A DNA stretch of 64,000 nucleotides from Candidatus Forterrea multitransposorum CG_2015-17_Forterrea_25_41 (lineage in GTDB: Archaea > Iainarchaeota > Iainarchaeia > Iainarchaeales > CSSED10-239), in contig CP045477.1 in assembly GCA_009392915.1 (NCBI GenBank), forward strand, positions 64,001-128,000, written 5' to 3'. The position numbers were made by a program, and so were the translations under genes. This document shows, piece after piece, positions 18,258-27,681 of the stretch (its first letter is position 1; each line of letters begins with the position of its first letter). The notes beneath the pieces were generated by a model that worked only from the letters and a program-made list of their open reading frames with translations, had not been told where the DNA came from and did no database searches.

Positions 18258-19148
18258 ATGAAAGAAAATTATTTTGTTAAAGATAAATTAAAAAAAATTG
18301 CAATTGCAAATTATTTAAAGAAAAAATTAGCTTCTGCAGGTTTTATAGATGTTGAAGTTTTAAAATCTGTGTTTAACACAAGAATTGTTATTTATTCTTT
18401 AAAACCAGGATTTATAATTGGAAAAAAAGGTTCAAATATTAGAGCTTTAACTGAAGATCTTGAAAAAAGATTTGAACTTTCAAAAGTACATATTGAAATT
18501 GGAGAAATTCCAAATAAAGATTTAGATCCAAAAGTTGTAATTGAAAATATTTTTTCAAATATTTCAAGAGGAGTTACTTGGAAAAGTGTTGTTTATAATG
18601 CTTTAAGACAAATTAAAGAAGCAGGTGCTATTGGTGCTGAAATTATTGCAAAAGGTAATACTTCTGGAAAAGGTCAAAGAAAAAGAAAATCTAGATTCTT
18701 CTTTGGTTATATGAAAAAAGCAGGAGATCAAAAAAGTCTTGTTGCAATGGAAAAAAGAACTACATTTCCTGGTCTTGGAACTATTGGAATTACATTAAGA
18801 ATTGTAAGACCTGATATTGTATTCTCAGATAAAATTGATGTTTTAGAGTTTTCAAAGAAATATAAAATGGAAATTCAAGAAGAAGAACTTTTAGAAAGAC
18901 AATCAGAAGTTTCAAAAGATGCTGAAGAAAAAGTTGAAAAGAAAAATGCTGATAAAAAGGTTGTAAAAGAAGATGATAAAACTGAGAAACCTAAAGTAAA
19001 AACTCCAGCAAAGAAAAAAGTTTCAACTAAAAAGAAAGATGATACAAAAGATGAAACAAAATCTGTAAAAGAAGAAAAACCTGTTGATTCTAAAAAAGAA
19101 GAAAAATCTTCAGATAAAGAAGAAACTAAAAAAGAAGAAATAAAATAA
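18258..19148 (+). CDS. rps3: 30S ribosomal protein S3 (uS3) with long K/E-rich C-terminal extension
   Basis: KH-domain region (GFIIGKKGSNIRALTEDLEK) and a uS3 C-domain, then ~90 aa of Lys/Glu/Asp low complexity. Confidence 0.93.
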   Translation: MKENYFVKDKLKKIAIANYLKKKLASAGFIDVEVLKSVFNTRIVIYSLKPGFIIGKKGSNIRALTEDLEKRFELSKVHIEIGEIPNKDLDPKVVIENIFSNISRGVTWKSVVYNALRQIKEAGAIGAEIIAKGNTSGKGQRKRKSRFFFGYMKKAGDQKSLVAMEKRTTFPGLGTIGITLRIVRPDIVFSDKIDVLEFSKKYKMEIQEEELLERQSEVSKDAEEKVEKKNADKKVVKEDDKTEKPKVKTPAKKKVSTKKKDDTKDETKSVKEEKPVDSKKEEKSSDKEETKKEEIK

Positions 19149-19169
19149 ATTTAAAAATGTGATTTTTGT

Positions 19170-19397
19170 ATGGTTAAAAAGAAACAAGTTACTTTAAGTA
19201 ATATTTCAGAAATTGAGGAAAAGATAAGTAGCTTAAAGCTTGAATTATCTAACTTTAAAGGAATATTAGCTTCAAAAACAAAATCTAATAATACTTCAAA
19301 GAAAAAAGAATTAAAAAAAGAAATTGCAAGATACTTAACCTTAAAAAATCAATTAATAAAAAATGATTTGAAAAAAAAAGTGGAGAGTAAAGTTTAA
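19170..19397 (+). CDS. rpl29: 50S ribosomal protein L29 (uL29)
   Basis: 75-aa helical protein at the canonical S3-L29 position. ATGTGAT SD 6 nt upstream. Confidence 0.88.
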   Translation: MVKKKQVTLSNISEIEEKISSLKLELSNFKGILASKTKSNNTSKKKELKKEIARYLTLKNQLIKNDLKKKVESKV

Positions 19398-19399
19398 TT

Positions 19400-19702
19400 A
19401 TGAAAGATATTAGTTCTGTAAGTCATCTTTCAAAAGACATTTTTGATTTAAATGAGATTTCAAAAGAATCTCAACAAATAAAAATATTTATTGAAAGAAA
19501 AAAATTCAAAAAATTTGCAACAAAAGTTTCAGGTTTTGAAACTGCTGCAGAAGCAAAAGAAGTTGAAAAATATCTTAAAAGAAAACTTGCTTGTGGTGGA
19601 ACTGTTAAAGATAAAGTCGTAGAAATTCAAGGTAATCAAAAAGATAAAGTAAAACAATTATTGATTGAGAAAGGTTACCAAGGAGAATTAATTGATGGTT
19701 AA
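19400..19702 (+). CDS. translation initiation factor SUI1 (aSUI1/eIF1)
   Basis: IKIFIERKKFKKFATKVSGF...LKRKLACGGTVKD..VEIQGNQ. Confidence 0.92.
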   Translation: MKDISSVSHLSKDIFDLNEISKESQQIKIFIERKKFKKFATKVSGFETAAEAKEVEKYLKRKLACGGTVKDKVVEIQGNQKDKVKQLLIEKGYQGELIDG

Positions 19703-19886
19703 TTTAAAAAATATTGATATGATTGGAAAAAAGATTTTTCTTGAAAATTCTTCAGATAAATCTAAAAAAAATCTTTCTGGTCTTATAATTTTTGAAACAA
19801 AAAACACTGTTGTTTTAAAAACAAATGAAAAAAAAATAATTAAAATTAAAAAAAATGAAATCTTAAAAATTAAAGAAGTTTTGTGA
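19695..19886 (+). CDS. rnp1: RNase P protein component 1 (Rpp29/Pop4-like), unusually short
   Basis: Canonical position between SUI1 and S17. GKKIFLENSSDKS..LSGLIIFETKNTVVLKT fits the Sm-like Rpp29 core. Only ~63 aa. The start (ATG 19695 or TTG 19692) is uncertain. Confidence 0.65.
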   Translation: MVNLKNIDMIGKKIFLENSSDKSKKNLSGLIIFETKNTVVLKTNEKKIIKIKKNEILKIKEVL

Positions 19887-19892
19887 TTTGAT

Positions 19893-20174
19893 ATGGTTGA
19901 AAAAAAATTAAGTGTTAGAGGAAAATTACTTGAAGGTAAAGTTTTAAAGATGAAAGCTAAAAAAACAGCTCAAATCGAAATTAAAACTACTAAGTATATT
20001 CCAAAATATGAAAGATATTTAGTAACTAGAAATAGATATTCAGTACATGTTCCTGAAGATATAACAATCTCTGTTGGAGATAATGTTTTATGCGGTGAAA
20101 CAAGAAAAATAAGTAAAACTAAATCTTTTGTTGTTATTAAAAAAATAGATTCCGTTCAAGGTGATCTTAAATGA
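19893..20174 (+). CDS. rps17: 30S ribosomal protein S17 (uS17)
   Basis: GKVLKMKAKKTAQIEI...YIPKYERY....YSVHVPEDI.VGD.V pattern. Synteny. Confidence 0.92.
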   Translation: MVEKKLSVRGKLLEGKVLKMKAKKTAQIEIKTTKYIPKYERYLVTRNRYSVHVPEDITISVGDNVLCGETRKISKTKSFVVIKKIDSVQGDLK

Positions 20175-20569
20175 AACAAGTTAGTGCACACCCAGTAAGA
20201 AGTTTAATAGTTGGTTCAAGATGTAATTGTACAGATAATAGTGGTGCAAAAATAGTTGAAATAATTTCTGTATATAAATTTAAATCTAGAAGAAGACAAT
20301 TTCCTTCTGCAGGAATAGCTTCTTTAGTTAATGTTGTTGTTAAAAAAGGAACTCCAAACACTAAAAAAAAGCTTGAAAAAGCAGTTATTGTAAGAGTTAA
20401 AAAAGAATATAGAAGACATAATGGTTTAAGAATTAGTTTTGAAGATAATGCGGTTGTTTTAACAGATGCAAAAGGATTTCCTAAATCTTCAGAAGTTAAA
20501 GGTTGTGTTGCAAAAGAAGTTGGTGAAAGATTCCCTAAAATTGCAGGTCTTGCATCAAGTGTTATTTAA
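20171..20569 (+). CDS. rpl14: 50S ribosomal protein L14 (uL14)
   Basis: CTDNSGAK....ISV...., AVIVR.KKEYRR.NG..I.FEDNAVVL. Its start overlaps the S17 stop (ATGA). Confidence 0.95.
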   Translation: MKQVSAHPVRSLIVGSRCNCTDNSGAKIVEIISVYKFKSRRRQFPSAGIASLVNVVVKKGTPNTKKKLEKAVIVRVKKEYRRHNGLRISFEDNAVVLTDAKGFPKSSEVKGCVAKEVGERFPKIAGLASSVI

Positions 20570-20600
20570 TTATATTAAAAATTAAAAAGAATGATTGTTA

Positions 20601-20987
20601 ATGAATAAAAAAATTACAAAAAATCCTGGAAAACAAAGATTAAAAATCTATAAAGGTCCACTTCATACTAAAAGAAAATTATTAGCATGTCCTTTAGATA
20701 AACCTTTACAAAAGAAATATGATCTTAAAAGCATCCTTATAAGAAAAGGAGATACTGTTAAGGTTATGGTTGGAGATGAAAAAGGAAAATCTGGGAAAGT
20801 TGAAATTGTTGATCATGCAAAAGCGAAAGTTTTTGTAAAAGATATTAAATATAAAAACTCAAGAGGTCAAGAAAAAATGTATCCTCTTGTAGCTTCAAAT
20901 CTTTTAATCACTGACTTAGTTGTTGATGATTTAAAAAGATTTAAAAAGAAAAAAACACCAGAGAAAAAAGGTGGAATAAATGACTAG
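20601..20987 (+). CDS. rpl24: 50S ribosomal protein L24 (uL24)
   Basis: Track ORF starts at a TTG (20595). The ATG at 20601 follows TGAT. KOW region IRKGDTVKVMVGDEKGKSGKV. Confidence 0.92.
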   Translation: MNKKITKNPGKQRLKIYKGPLHTKRKLLACPLDKPLQKKYDLKSILIRKGDTVKVMVGDEKGKSGKVEIVDHAKAKVFVKDIKYKNSRGQEKMYPLVASNLLITDLVVDDLKRFKKKKTPEKKGGIND

Positions 20988-21669
20988 TAAAGGCGAAACT
21001 AAATGTTTAAAAATAAATAACGCAACTTCTATAAGTAGCGTTTCAAAAACAAAAAGATTTGTATATAATCCAAAACCTGGAAAACATACAAAAACAACAT
21101 CTATATCAATAGGTTTTGTTTTAAAACATTTACTTAATATTTGTGATAACACAAAAGAAGTAAAATATATCATTAACAATAGAGATGTAATAGTTGATAA
21201 AAAACTTGTTAAAAATTACAATCTTCCTGTAGGATTATATGATATTGTAGAAATTCCAAAACTTGAAAAATATTATGTTGTTGTGTATGCATCTAATAAA
21301 TCTTATGTTTTAAATGAAATTTCAAAAGATGAATCAAATTATAAAATTTGTAAAATAACTTCTAAAAAATTAATTAAAAAAGGAGAAGTTCAATTATCAA
21401 CAAATGATGGTAGAGTTTTATTAACTCAAAACCAAGCATATAAAGTTGGAGCTTCTATAAAACTTGATCTTTTAGAAAATACTATAAAAGAATATTTCCC
21501 TTTAGAGAAAGGAAGAGAAGTATTTGTATTTGCAGGAAAACACACTGGACAAAAAGGTACTGTTGAAGATATTAAAGAAAGTACTATGAAAAGACCTGCA
21601 TTAATAAAATTAAAATCAAACGGTATTGATTTTGAAACTGTTGAAAAAAATATAATAGTTATTAATTGA
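20980..21669 (+). CDS. rps4e: 30S ribosomal protein S4e (eS4)
   Basis: PKPGKHTK..SI..GFVLKHLL, VIVDKKLVKNYNLPVGLYDIVEI. Canonical L24-S4e-L5 order. Confidence 0.93.
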   Translation: MTSKGETKCLKINNATSISSVSKTKRFVYNPKPGKHTKTTSISIGFVLKHLLNICDNTKEVKYIINNRDVIVDKKLVKNYNLPVGLYDIVEIPKLEKYYVVVYASNKSYVLNEISKDESNYKICKITSKKLIKKGEVQLSTNDGRVLLTQNQAYKVGASIKLDLLENTIKEYFPLEKGREVFVFAGKHTGQKGTVEDIKESTMKRPALIKLKSNGIDFETVEKNIIVIN

Positions 21670-21681
21670 ATGTGATATTTT

Positions 21682-22206
21682 ATGTCAAATGAAACAAAAA
21701 CAAATCCAATGAAAGAAATCTTTGTTGAAAAAGTTGTTGTAAATATAGGTGTTGGTGAAGGTGGTCCTGAACTTGAAAAAGCAATTAAAATAATTAAGCT
21801 TTTAACAAACAAGCCTGCTGTAAAAACCATGTGTAAAGTAAAACTTCCAACATGGGGTATAAGACCAGGAATTCCTATTGGTTGTAAAACAACTTTAAGA
21901 GGACAAGACGCTCTTGATTTTATTGAATTAACTTTAAAAGCTAAAAGAAATATTATTAAGAAAAAATCTTTTTCAAAAGATGGTAATTTTTCATATGGTA
22001 TACATGAATACTTAGACGTTCCAGGTATCAAATACGATCCTGATCTTGGAATTAAGGGGTTTGATGTTTGTGTTTCTTTAAAAAGAAAAGGTTTTAGAGT
22101 AAAACAAAGAAAAAATGATGTATCTAAACTTGGAAAGACACACAAAATATCAAAAGAAGACGCAATCAAATTTGCTGAAGAAAAGTTAAAGGTAGTGATT
22201 GAATGA
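21682..22206 (+). CDS. rpl5: 50S ribosomal protein L5 (uL5)
   Basis: NPMKEIFVEKVVVNIGVGE, FSYGIHEYLDVPGIKYDPDLGI.GFDV. Confidence 0.95.
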   Translation: MSNETKTNPMKEIFVEKVVVNIGVGEGGPELEKAIKIIKLLTNKPAVKTMCKVKLPTWGIRPGIPIGCKTTLRGQDALDFIELTLKAKRNIIKKKSFSKDGNFSYGIHEYLDVPGIKYDPDLGIKGFDVCVSLKRKGFRVKQRKNDVSKLGKTHKISKEDAIKFAEEKLKVVIE

Positions 22207-22394
22207 CTACAAATGATAAAAAAGAAAAAAAAGTTTTACCAACAATTAGTAAAACAAGTAAAGAGTATCAAAGATCAAAAGCTTGTAGATTTTGTGGTAC
22301 TCACAGAGGAGTTATTAGTAAATATAACTTAAAAATTTGTAGAAGATGTTTTAATGATCATGCTTTAGAGCTTGGCTTTAAAAAATATGATTAA
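22203..22394 (+). CDS. rps14: 30S ribosomal protein S14 (uS14, zinc type)
   Basis: CRFCGTHRGVISKYNLKICRRCF. 63 aa. Confidence 0.93.
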   Translation: MTTNDKKEKKVLPTISKTSKEYQRSKACRFCGTHRGVISKYNLKICRRCFNDHALELGFKKYD

Positions 22395-22420
22395 AATTTT
22401 AGTGCATTTAGGTGAAATAA

Positions 22421-22810
22421 ATGAGTTTGAACGATCCAATTTCAAATGCTTTGAATAATATAAACAACGCAGAAAATGTGGCAAAGAAGATATGTACACT
22501 TAACCATTCTAAGTTAGTGGAAAATATTTTGACTGTGCTTAAAAATGAAAATTACATTGGTAACTATAAAGTAATTGATAAGGCACCACATAAGAAGGTT
22601 GTTGTATATTTAGACGGTAGAATAAATAAGTGTAAGGCTATTAAACCAAGGTTTGCTGTAAAACACGATGAGTATGAAAAGTTTGAAAAATCTTTTTTAA
22701 TCTCAAGAGATGTAGGTATTTTTATTGTAAGTACCACTAGCGGACTTATGACCCACAAAAACGCAAAACAAAAGGGTCTTGGTGGAAGATTAATTGCATA
22801 TGTTTATTAA
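22421..22810 (+). CDS. rps8: 30S ribosomal protein S8 (uS8)
   Basis: MSLNDPISNALNNINNAE..., TTSGLMTHKNAKQKGLGGRLIAYVY. Confidence 0.95.
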   Translation: MSLNDPISNALNNINNAENVAKKICTLNHSKLVENILTVLKNENYIGNYKVIDKAPHKKVVVYLDGRINKCKAIKPRFAVKHDEYEKFEKSFLISRDVGIFIVSTTSGLMTHKNAKQKGLGGRLIAYVY

Positions 22811-22832
22811 ATTTTAAAAAAAAGTGATTTTT

Positions 22833-23384
22833 GTGACTGAAAAAAAAGGTAAAAAAGAAATTAAAGAAAATATTATAGAGATTCCTAATGGAATTAATGT
22901 AACAATTGATGATTCTAAAATAATTTTAGAAAAAGCATCAGTTGTTCAAGAAGTTCCATATAATCATGTATATATTTCTGTAGAAAAATTAGATAATAGT
23001 GTAAAAGTAATTCCTAACAATAAAAAAACTAAATATACTTCAGTATCAAACACTATTAAAAAATTAATATTAAATGCAATTCAAGGTTTTGATAAAGATT
23101 TTGTTTGTAAATTACAAGTTGTTTATTCTCACTTTCCAATGACTGCAAAAGTTGAAAATAATAAATTTATTATTTCAAATTTCTATGGAGAGAAAAAACA
23201 AAGAGTTGTAAATTTAGTTTCTGGTGTTAAGGTTGAAATTTCCGGAAAAGAAATTACACTTTCAGGTAAAGATAAACAAAAAGTAGGACAACTTGCAGGA
23301 AACATAGAATCTATTGCAAGAATGAAAAACAAAGACTACAGAGTTTTTGATGATGGTATTTATATTGTTGAAAAAGTTAAATAA
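22833..23384 (+). CDS. rpl6: 50S ribosomal protein L6 (uL6)
   Basis: The track start GTG at 22824 is itself the GTGAT SD motif, so the GTG at 22833 (VTEKKGKK...) is the likely start. uL6-like two-domain sequence; canonical position. Confidence 0.9.
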   Translation: MTEKKGKKEIKENIIEIPNGINVTIDDSKIILEKASVVQEVPYNHVYISVEKLDNSVKVIPNNKKTKYTSVSNTIKKLILNAIQGFDKDFVCKLQVVYSHFPMTAKVENNKFIISNFYGEKKQRVVNLVSGVKVEISGKEITLSGKDKQKVGQLAGNIESIARMKNKDYRVFDDGIYIVEKVK

Positions 23385-23400
23385 TTAGAGAATGATTATT

Positions 23401-23739
23401 ATGAGTAACGATACACCAAAATTTAGAGCCCATTACGGCTTAACAACAAGAAGAAAAAAGAAAAGAAGAGATGTACAAGCTTGGAGATTTCCAAGAGGTA
23501 TTGATAGATCTTTATCTGAAAAAAGAGGTCCTATGCCAAAAATTGGTTATGGTCATAAGAAAGAAGAAAAAGGAATGCATCCTACAAAACTGATAGAAGT
23601 TTTAGTTTCTTCAAAAACAGATCTTGAAAACATCTTAACTGAAAATGTTGCAATAAGATTTAGTAAAAGACTTGGTGAAAAGAAAAAATTAGAACTTACA
23701 AATCTTGCAAAAGAAAGAAATTTCAAGGTTTTAAATTAA
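23401..23739 (+). CDS. rpl32e: 50S ribosomal protein L32e (eL32)
   Basis: WRFPRGIDRS...PKIGYGHKKEEKGMHP..., KKLELTNLAKERNFKVLN. The ATG at 23401 is preferred over 23392, which overlaps TGAT. Confidence 0.92.
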   Translation: MSNDTPKFRAHYGLTTRRKKKRRDVQAWRFPRGIDRSLSEKRGPMPKIGYGHKKEEKGMHPTKLIEVLVSSKTDLENILTENVAIRFSKRLGEKKKLELTNLAKERNFKVLN

Positions 23740-23751
23740 ATGTGAATCTTT

Positions 23752-24201
23752 ATGAAATTAAATAAATTAAAAGAAAAAGTTGGTCAAATACTTAAAAAAA
23801 GTAAGCATAAACTTAAGATTGCTCCAGAAAAATTAGAAGCTAATAAAAAGTCAGTTTCTGATGCAATTACAAAAGATGATGTTAGAAAATTAATTGTTGA
23901 TGGAATTGTTACAAAAAAGCCAAATACTGGTCAATCAAGAGGACGAGCAAGAGTTTTACTTGAAAAAAAGAAATTAAAAAGAAAAAGAGGTCCTGGAAAA
24001 AGAAAAGGAACTCAAAAAGCAAGACAAAAAGTTGACGAATATAACGTAAAGGTAAGAGCTTTAAGAAAAAGATTAAGAGAACTTAAGGCTGAAGATAAAT
24101 TAAATGGTAAAAATTATAATAGATTATACCTTAGAGTTAAAGGAAATTACTTCAGAGGAAAAAAACATCTTGAAGAATTTATTAATGGTGAAAATAAATG
24201 A
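23752..24201 (+). CDS. rpl19e: 50S ribosomal protein L19e (eL19)
   Basis: Highly basic 149 aa (GQSRGRARVLLEKKKLKRKRGPGKRKGT). Canonical position. Confidence 0.93.
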   Translation: MKLNKLKEKVGQILKKSKHKLKIAPEKLEANKKSVSDAITKDDVRKLIVDGIVTKKPNTGQSRGRARVLLEKKKLKRKRGPGKRKGTQKARQKVDEYNVKVRALRKRLRELKAEDKLNGKNYNRLYLRVKGNYFRGKKHLEEFINGENK

Positions 24202-24713
24202 AAATAGGTCCTACATATAACGTTCCTTTTAGAAGAAAAAGAGAGCAAAAAACAGATTATAATAAAAGACTTAAATTTTTAAAATCTGGTGAAAAAAGAT
24301 TTATTACAAGATTATCAAATTCAATTGTAAGAGCACAAATTGTAGATTATAAAATTGATGGAGATCAATCATTAGTTTTCATAACTTCTAAAAAATTAAA
24401 AGATTTTGGTTGGAAACACTCTCTTAAAAATACTTCTGCAATTTATTTAACTGGTTTACTTGCAGGTGTTCTTGCTAAAGAAAAAGGTATTAAAAAAGTA
24501 ATTTTTGATACAGGTGTTAGAAACTATAAAGCACATTCCAGAATTTATGCATCTTTAAAAGGTATTGTTGATGCTGGAATAGAAGCTCCACACGATCCAA
24601 AAGCATTTCCTTCAGATGATAGAATACAAGGAAAGCATGTTGAAGAAAACTTAAAGAATGATATTAGTAAAGACTTTTTAGAGGTTAAAGAAAAAATTCT
24701 TTCTAAAAAATAA
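24198..24713 (+). CDS. rpl18: 50S ribosomal protein L18 (uL18)
   Basis: GPTYNVPFRRKREQKTDY.KRLK.L, IVRAQIV, YASLKG.VDAG. Confidence 0.94.
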   Translation: MKIGPTYNVPFRRKREQKTDYNKRLKFLKSGEKRFITRLSNSIVRAQIVDYKIDGDQSLVFITSKKLKDFGWKHSLKNTSAIYLTGLLAGVLAKEKGIKKVIFDTGVRNYKAHSRIYASLKGIVDAGIEAPHDPKAFPSDDRIQGKHVEENLKNDISKDFLEVKEKILSKK

Positions 24714-24735
24714 TTTTTAATTAATGTGATATTTT

Positions 24736-25434
24736 ATGCCAAGAGAAAAAACTAACGGTCAAAATAAAAAAGGTCCAAGAAGAAGATCTGATAAATCTTA
24801 TAAAGATAAAGTTTTTAACAAAGATTTATGGAATCCTAAAACAAAATTAGGACAAAAAGTTAAAAGCGGAGAAATTTCTTCTTTAAAAGATGCTTTAAGA
24901 TATGGGAAAATAATGGAATCTGAAATTGTAGATTGTATTTTACCAGAAATTAAACACAAAATTGTTGATATTAAGAAAACAACAAGAGTTACAAGAGCTG
25001 GAAGACATTTCTCTTTTAGAGTAACTGCAATTGTTGGAGATAGTAATGGTCATATTGGTATTGGCTCTGCAAAAGATATCGAAAGATTTAATGCTCAAGA
25101 AAAAGCAATACAAAAAGCAAAATTAAATATGGTAGTTGTTAAAAGAGGTTCTGGTAGTTGGGAAAGTAACACTTATGACGATAACTCTGTACCTTACAGG
25201 ATTGTTGGAAAATGTGCTTCATTAAGAGTTGAACTTTTACCTGCTCCTAAAGGTGTTGGTCTTGCTGTAAGTGATTCTATTAAACCAGTTTTAGAACTTG
25301 CTGGAATTACAAATGTATGGTCTAAAACAAGAGGCGCAACTGACACTAAATTAAACTTTGTTAAAGCAACAATTGATGCTTTACATAACTTAAGTAAACT
25401 TAAAACTTTACCTGAAAAGAAAGAAGAAGAATAA
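24736..25434 (+). CDS. rps5: 30S ribosomal protein S5 (uS5)
   Basis: TTRVTRAGRHFSFRVTAIVGDSNGHIGIG.AK, LLPAPKGVGL. Confidence 0.95.
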   Translation: MPREKTNGQNKKGPRRRSDKSYKDKVFNKDLWNPKTKLGQKVKSGEISSLKDALRYGKIMESEIVDCILPEIKHKIVDIKKTTRVTRAGRHFSFRVTAIVGDSNGHIGIGSAKDIERFNAQEKAIQKAKLNMVVVKRGSGSWESNTYDDNSVPYRIVGKCASLRVELLPAPKGVGLAVSDSIKPVLELAGITNVWSKTRGATDTKLNFVKATIDALHNLSKLKTLPEKKEEE

Positions 25435-25463
25435 AGATTATAAATTAAAAATGTGAAATAAAT

Positions 25464-25925
25464 ATGTTAATGGCAATAATTAGAGTAAGAGGTCCTGTAA
25501 AAATTAAAAAGGACATAGAAAAATCAATGACTTTATTAAATCTTACAAGAGCAAATCATTGTGTTCTTTATAATGATTCAGCTTATCTTAAAGGTAGTTT
25601 AAAGAAAGCAAAAGACTATATCACTTGGGGAGAAGTTTCAAAAGATGTTTTAAAGAAACTTTTAGTTAAGAGAGGATATGTTTATACTGCTGAAAATAAA
25701 TTAATTTCTTTTAATGATGCATTTTCAAAAGATCTTGATAAAATTATTGAAGAAATTTTTTCAGGTAAAAAAACTATTAAAGAATTAAATATTAAACCTG
25801 TATTTAGACTTAAACCTCCTTCAAAAGGTTATGATAGAAAAGGTATTAAAAAAACTTTTGTTGAAGGCGGAGCTTTAGGATACAGAAAAGAAGAAATTAA
25901 TAAATTATTAAAAAAAATGTTATAA
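25464..25925 (+). CDS. rpl30: 50S ribosomal protein L30 (uL30)
   Basis: AIIRVRGPVKIKKDIEKSMTLLNLTRANHCVL. Archaeal long form. Confidence 0.93.
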   Translation: MLMAIIRVRGPVKIKKDIEKSMTLLNLTRANHCVLYNDSAYLKGSLKKAKDYITWGEVSKDVLKKLLVKRGYVYTAENKLISFNDAFSKDLDKIIEEIFSGKKTIKELNIKPVFRLKPPSKGYDRKGIKKTFVEGGALGYRKEEINKLLKKML

Positions 25926-25950
25926 ATATTTTTAAAGAATGTGATTATTT

Positions 25951-26331
25951 ATGCCAAAATCAAAAGTTGATAGATTAAGAGGGAAAAGAACCCACGGAAA
26001 AGGAAATACAAAGAACAAAAGAGGTGCTGGTTGTAAAGGCGGTGCTGGAAGAGCAGGTTCTTTTAAACACAAGTTTACTAAATATTTCCCACTTTTAGGA
26101 AAGAGAAAATTAGTTTCTCCAAGACTTTCTGCAAAGGTAAGAGTAAAGACAATTACTTTACATGATTTAAACAAATATATAACAGACAAAGATTATATTG
26201 ATTTAAAAGAAATTGGTTTTGGAAAAATACTTGGAACTGGTAATTTATCAAAAGCTATTAAAATTAAAAACGCACAAGTTACAAAAATTGCAAAAGAAAA
26301 GATTGAAAAGGTTGGTGGAGTGATCGAATGA
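25951..26331 (+). CDS. rpl15: 50S ribosomal protein L15 (uL15)
   Basis: LRGKRTHGKGNTKNKRGAGCKGGAGRAGSFKH. Confidence 0.93.
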   Translation: MPKSKVDRLRGKRTHGKGNTKNKRGAGCKGGAGRAGSFKHKFTKYFPLLGKRKLVSPRLSAKVRVKTITLHDLNKYITDKDYIDLKEIGFGKILGTGNLSKAIKIKNAQVTKIAKEKIEKVGGVIE

Positions 26332-27659
26332 GTTTTTATGCTGTAGCACAAAAATTACTTCCATCAGTTAAAGATCCAACAAAATCTTTAACCATTAAAG
26401 ATAAATTAATTTGGACAGCAATTGTTTTAGTTGTCTTTTTTATTTTAGGTACTGTAATGCTTATTGGTATAAACCAAGCTCAGTTACCTCAACTTGAATA
26501 TTTACAAATGATCTTAGCAAGTCAAATAGGATCTTTAATAACATTGGGAATTGGTCCAATTGTTCTTGCATCTATTATTTTGCAATTACTTGCAGGAGTA
26601 AAAATAATTAATTTAGATTTTTCAAATCCTCAAGATAGAGCAAAATTTAGTATTTTACAAAAAATATCTTCAGTTGCTCTTGCAATTGTTGAATCAATCG
26701 TTGCTGTTAAGATTGGTTTTTTAGTTCCAATGCCAGGAATGGGCTTTATTGTGGCTCTTCAGGTTGTAATTGGTTCAATAATTATTTTATATTTAGATGA
26801 AGTGGTATCAAAGTATGGAATTGGTTCTGGAATAGGACTTTTCATTGCTGCTGGAGTTTCACAAACAATTATTTGGAGAATTTTTTCACCTCCTTTAGCA
26901 GGTTCCACTGGTGGCCTTATTTTTATGGCTATTGATTATATTTCTACAGGATCAATGCTTCAGTTATTGACTTCTGTTTTAATTCCATTATTAATGACTA
27001 TTATAGTATTTTTACTAGTAGTTTATGTGGAGGGTATGCATGTAAACATTCCATTAACTGTTGGAAGAAGTGGGATGGGTGCTAAGTATCCTGTGAAACT
27101 ATTGTATGTTTCTGTAATGCCAGTAATTTTTGCATCAACGTTATTTGCAAATTTTAATCTTTTAGTAAATGTTGCAAAAAATACTTCTCTTGAAAACATA
27201 ATGTTTAAGATTGGAGCTGTATTAACTCCTCAATATCAATTGCTTGAAAACGCTATATTAGGTGGTGCAACTGCTACTATGTGGCTAAATGCTTTAATAT
27301 ACATGGTGTTATTTGTATTAACTTGTGTCATCTTTGGTAAATTCTGGGTAATGGTTGGAGGACAAGATGCAAATTCAGTTGCAAGACAACTTCAAAATTC
27401 TGGAATGTCAATTCCTGGTTTTAGAAGAGATGAAAGAGTTTTAGCAACTGTATTAAATAGATATATACCAACAATTACAATTCTTGGTTCTATATTTGTT
27501 GGACTCTTAGCATTTGTTTCTGATCTTACAGGTGCCATTGGTTCTGGAACAGGAATATTATTAACCGTTGGAGTAATTTACAAGATCTATGAAGTTCTTG
27601 CAAAAGATCAAGTATTCCAAAATAGTGCGCTTTTAAAACAAGTAGCAGGTAGGAAATAA
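26328..27659 (+). CDS. secY: preprotein translocase subunit SecY
   Basis: 443-aa polytopic membrane protein directly after L15. GIGPIVLASIILQLLAG and GIGSGIGLFIAAGV motifs. Confidence 0.95.
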   Translation: MSFYAVAQKLLPSVKDPTKSLTIKDKLIWTAIVLVVFFILGTVMLIGINQAQLPQLEYLQMILASQIGSLITLGIGPIVLASIILQLLAGVKIINLDFSNPQDRAKFSILQKISSVALAIVESIVAVKIGFLVPMPGMGFIVALQVVIGSIIILYLDEVVSKYGIGSGIGLFIAAGVSQTIIWRIFSPPLAGSTGGLIFMAIDYISTGSMLQLLTSVLIPLLMTIIVFLLVVYVEGMHVNIPLTVGRSGMGAKYPVKLLYVSVMPVIFASTLFANFNLLVNVAKNTSLENIMFKIGAVLTPQYQLLENAILGGATATMWLNALIYMVLFVLTCVIFGKFWVMVGGQDANSVARQLQNSGMSIPGFRRDERVLATVLNRYIPTITILGSIFVGLLAFVSDLTGAIGSGTGILLTVGVIYKIYEVLAKDQVFQNSALLKQVAGRK

Positions 27660-27681
27660 ATTTTAAAGAGGTTTTTAATAA

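Noticed and set aside
21426-22169. 247-aa minus-strand ORF in the six-frame track
   Set aside because: It lies entirely antisense to the confidently identified S4e and L5 genes. The translation is F/S/I/L/P-rich low complexity with no recognisable domain. It is a typical shadow ORF opposite purine-rich (AAR/GAR) coding DNA.
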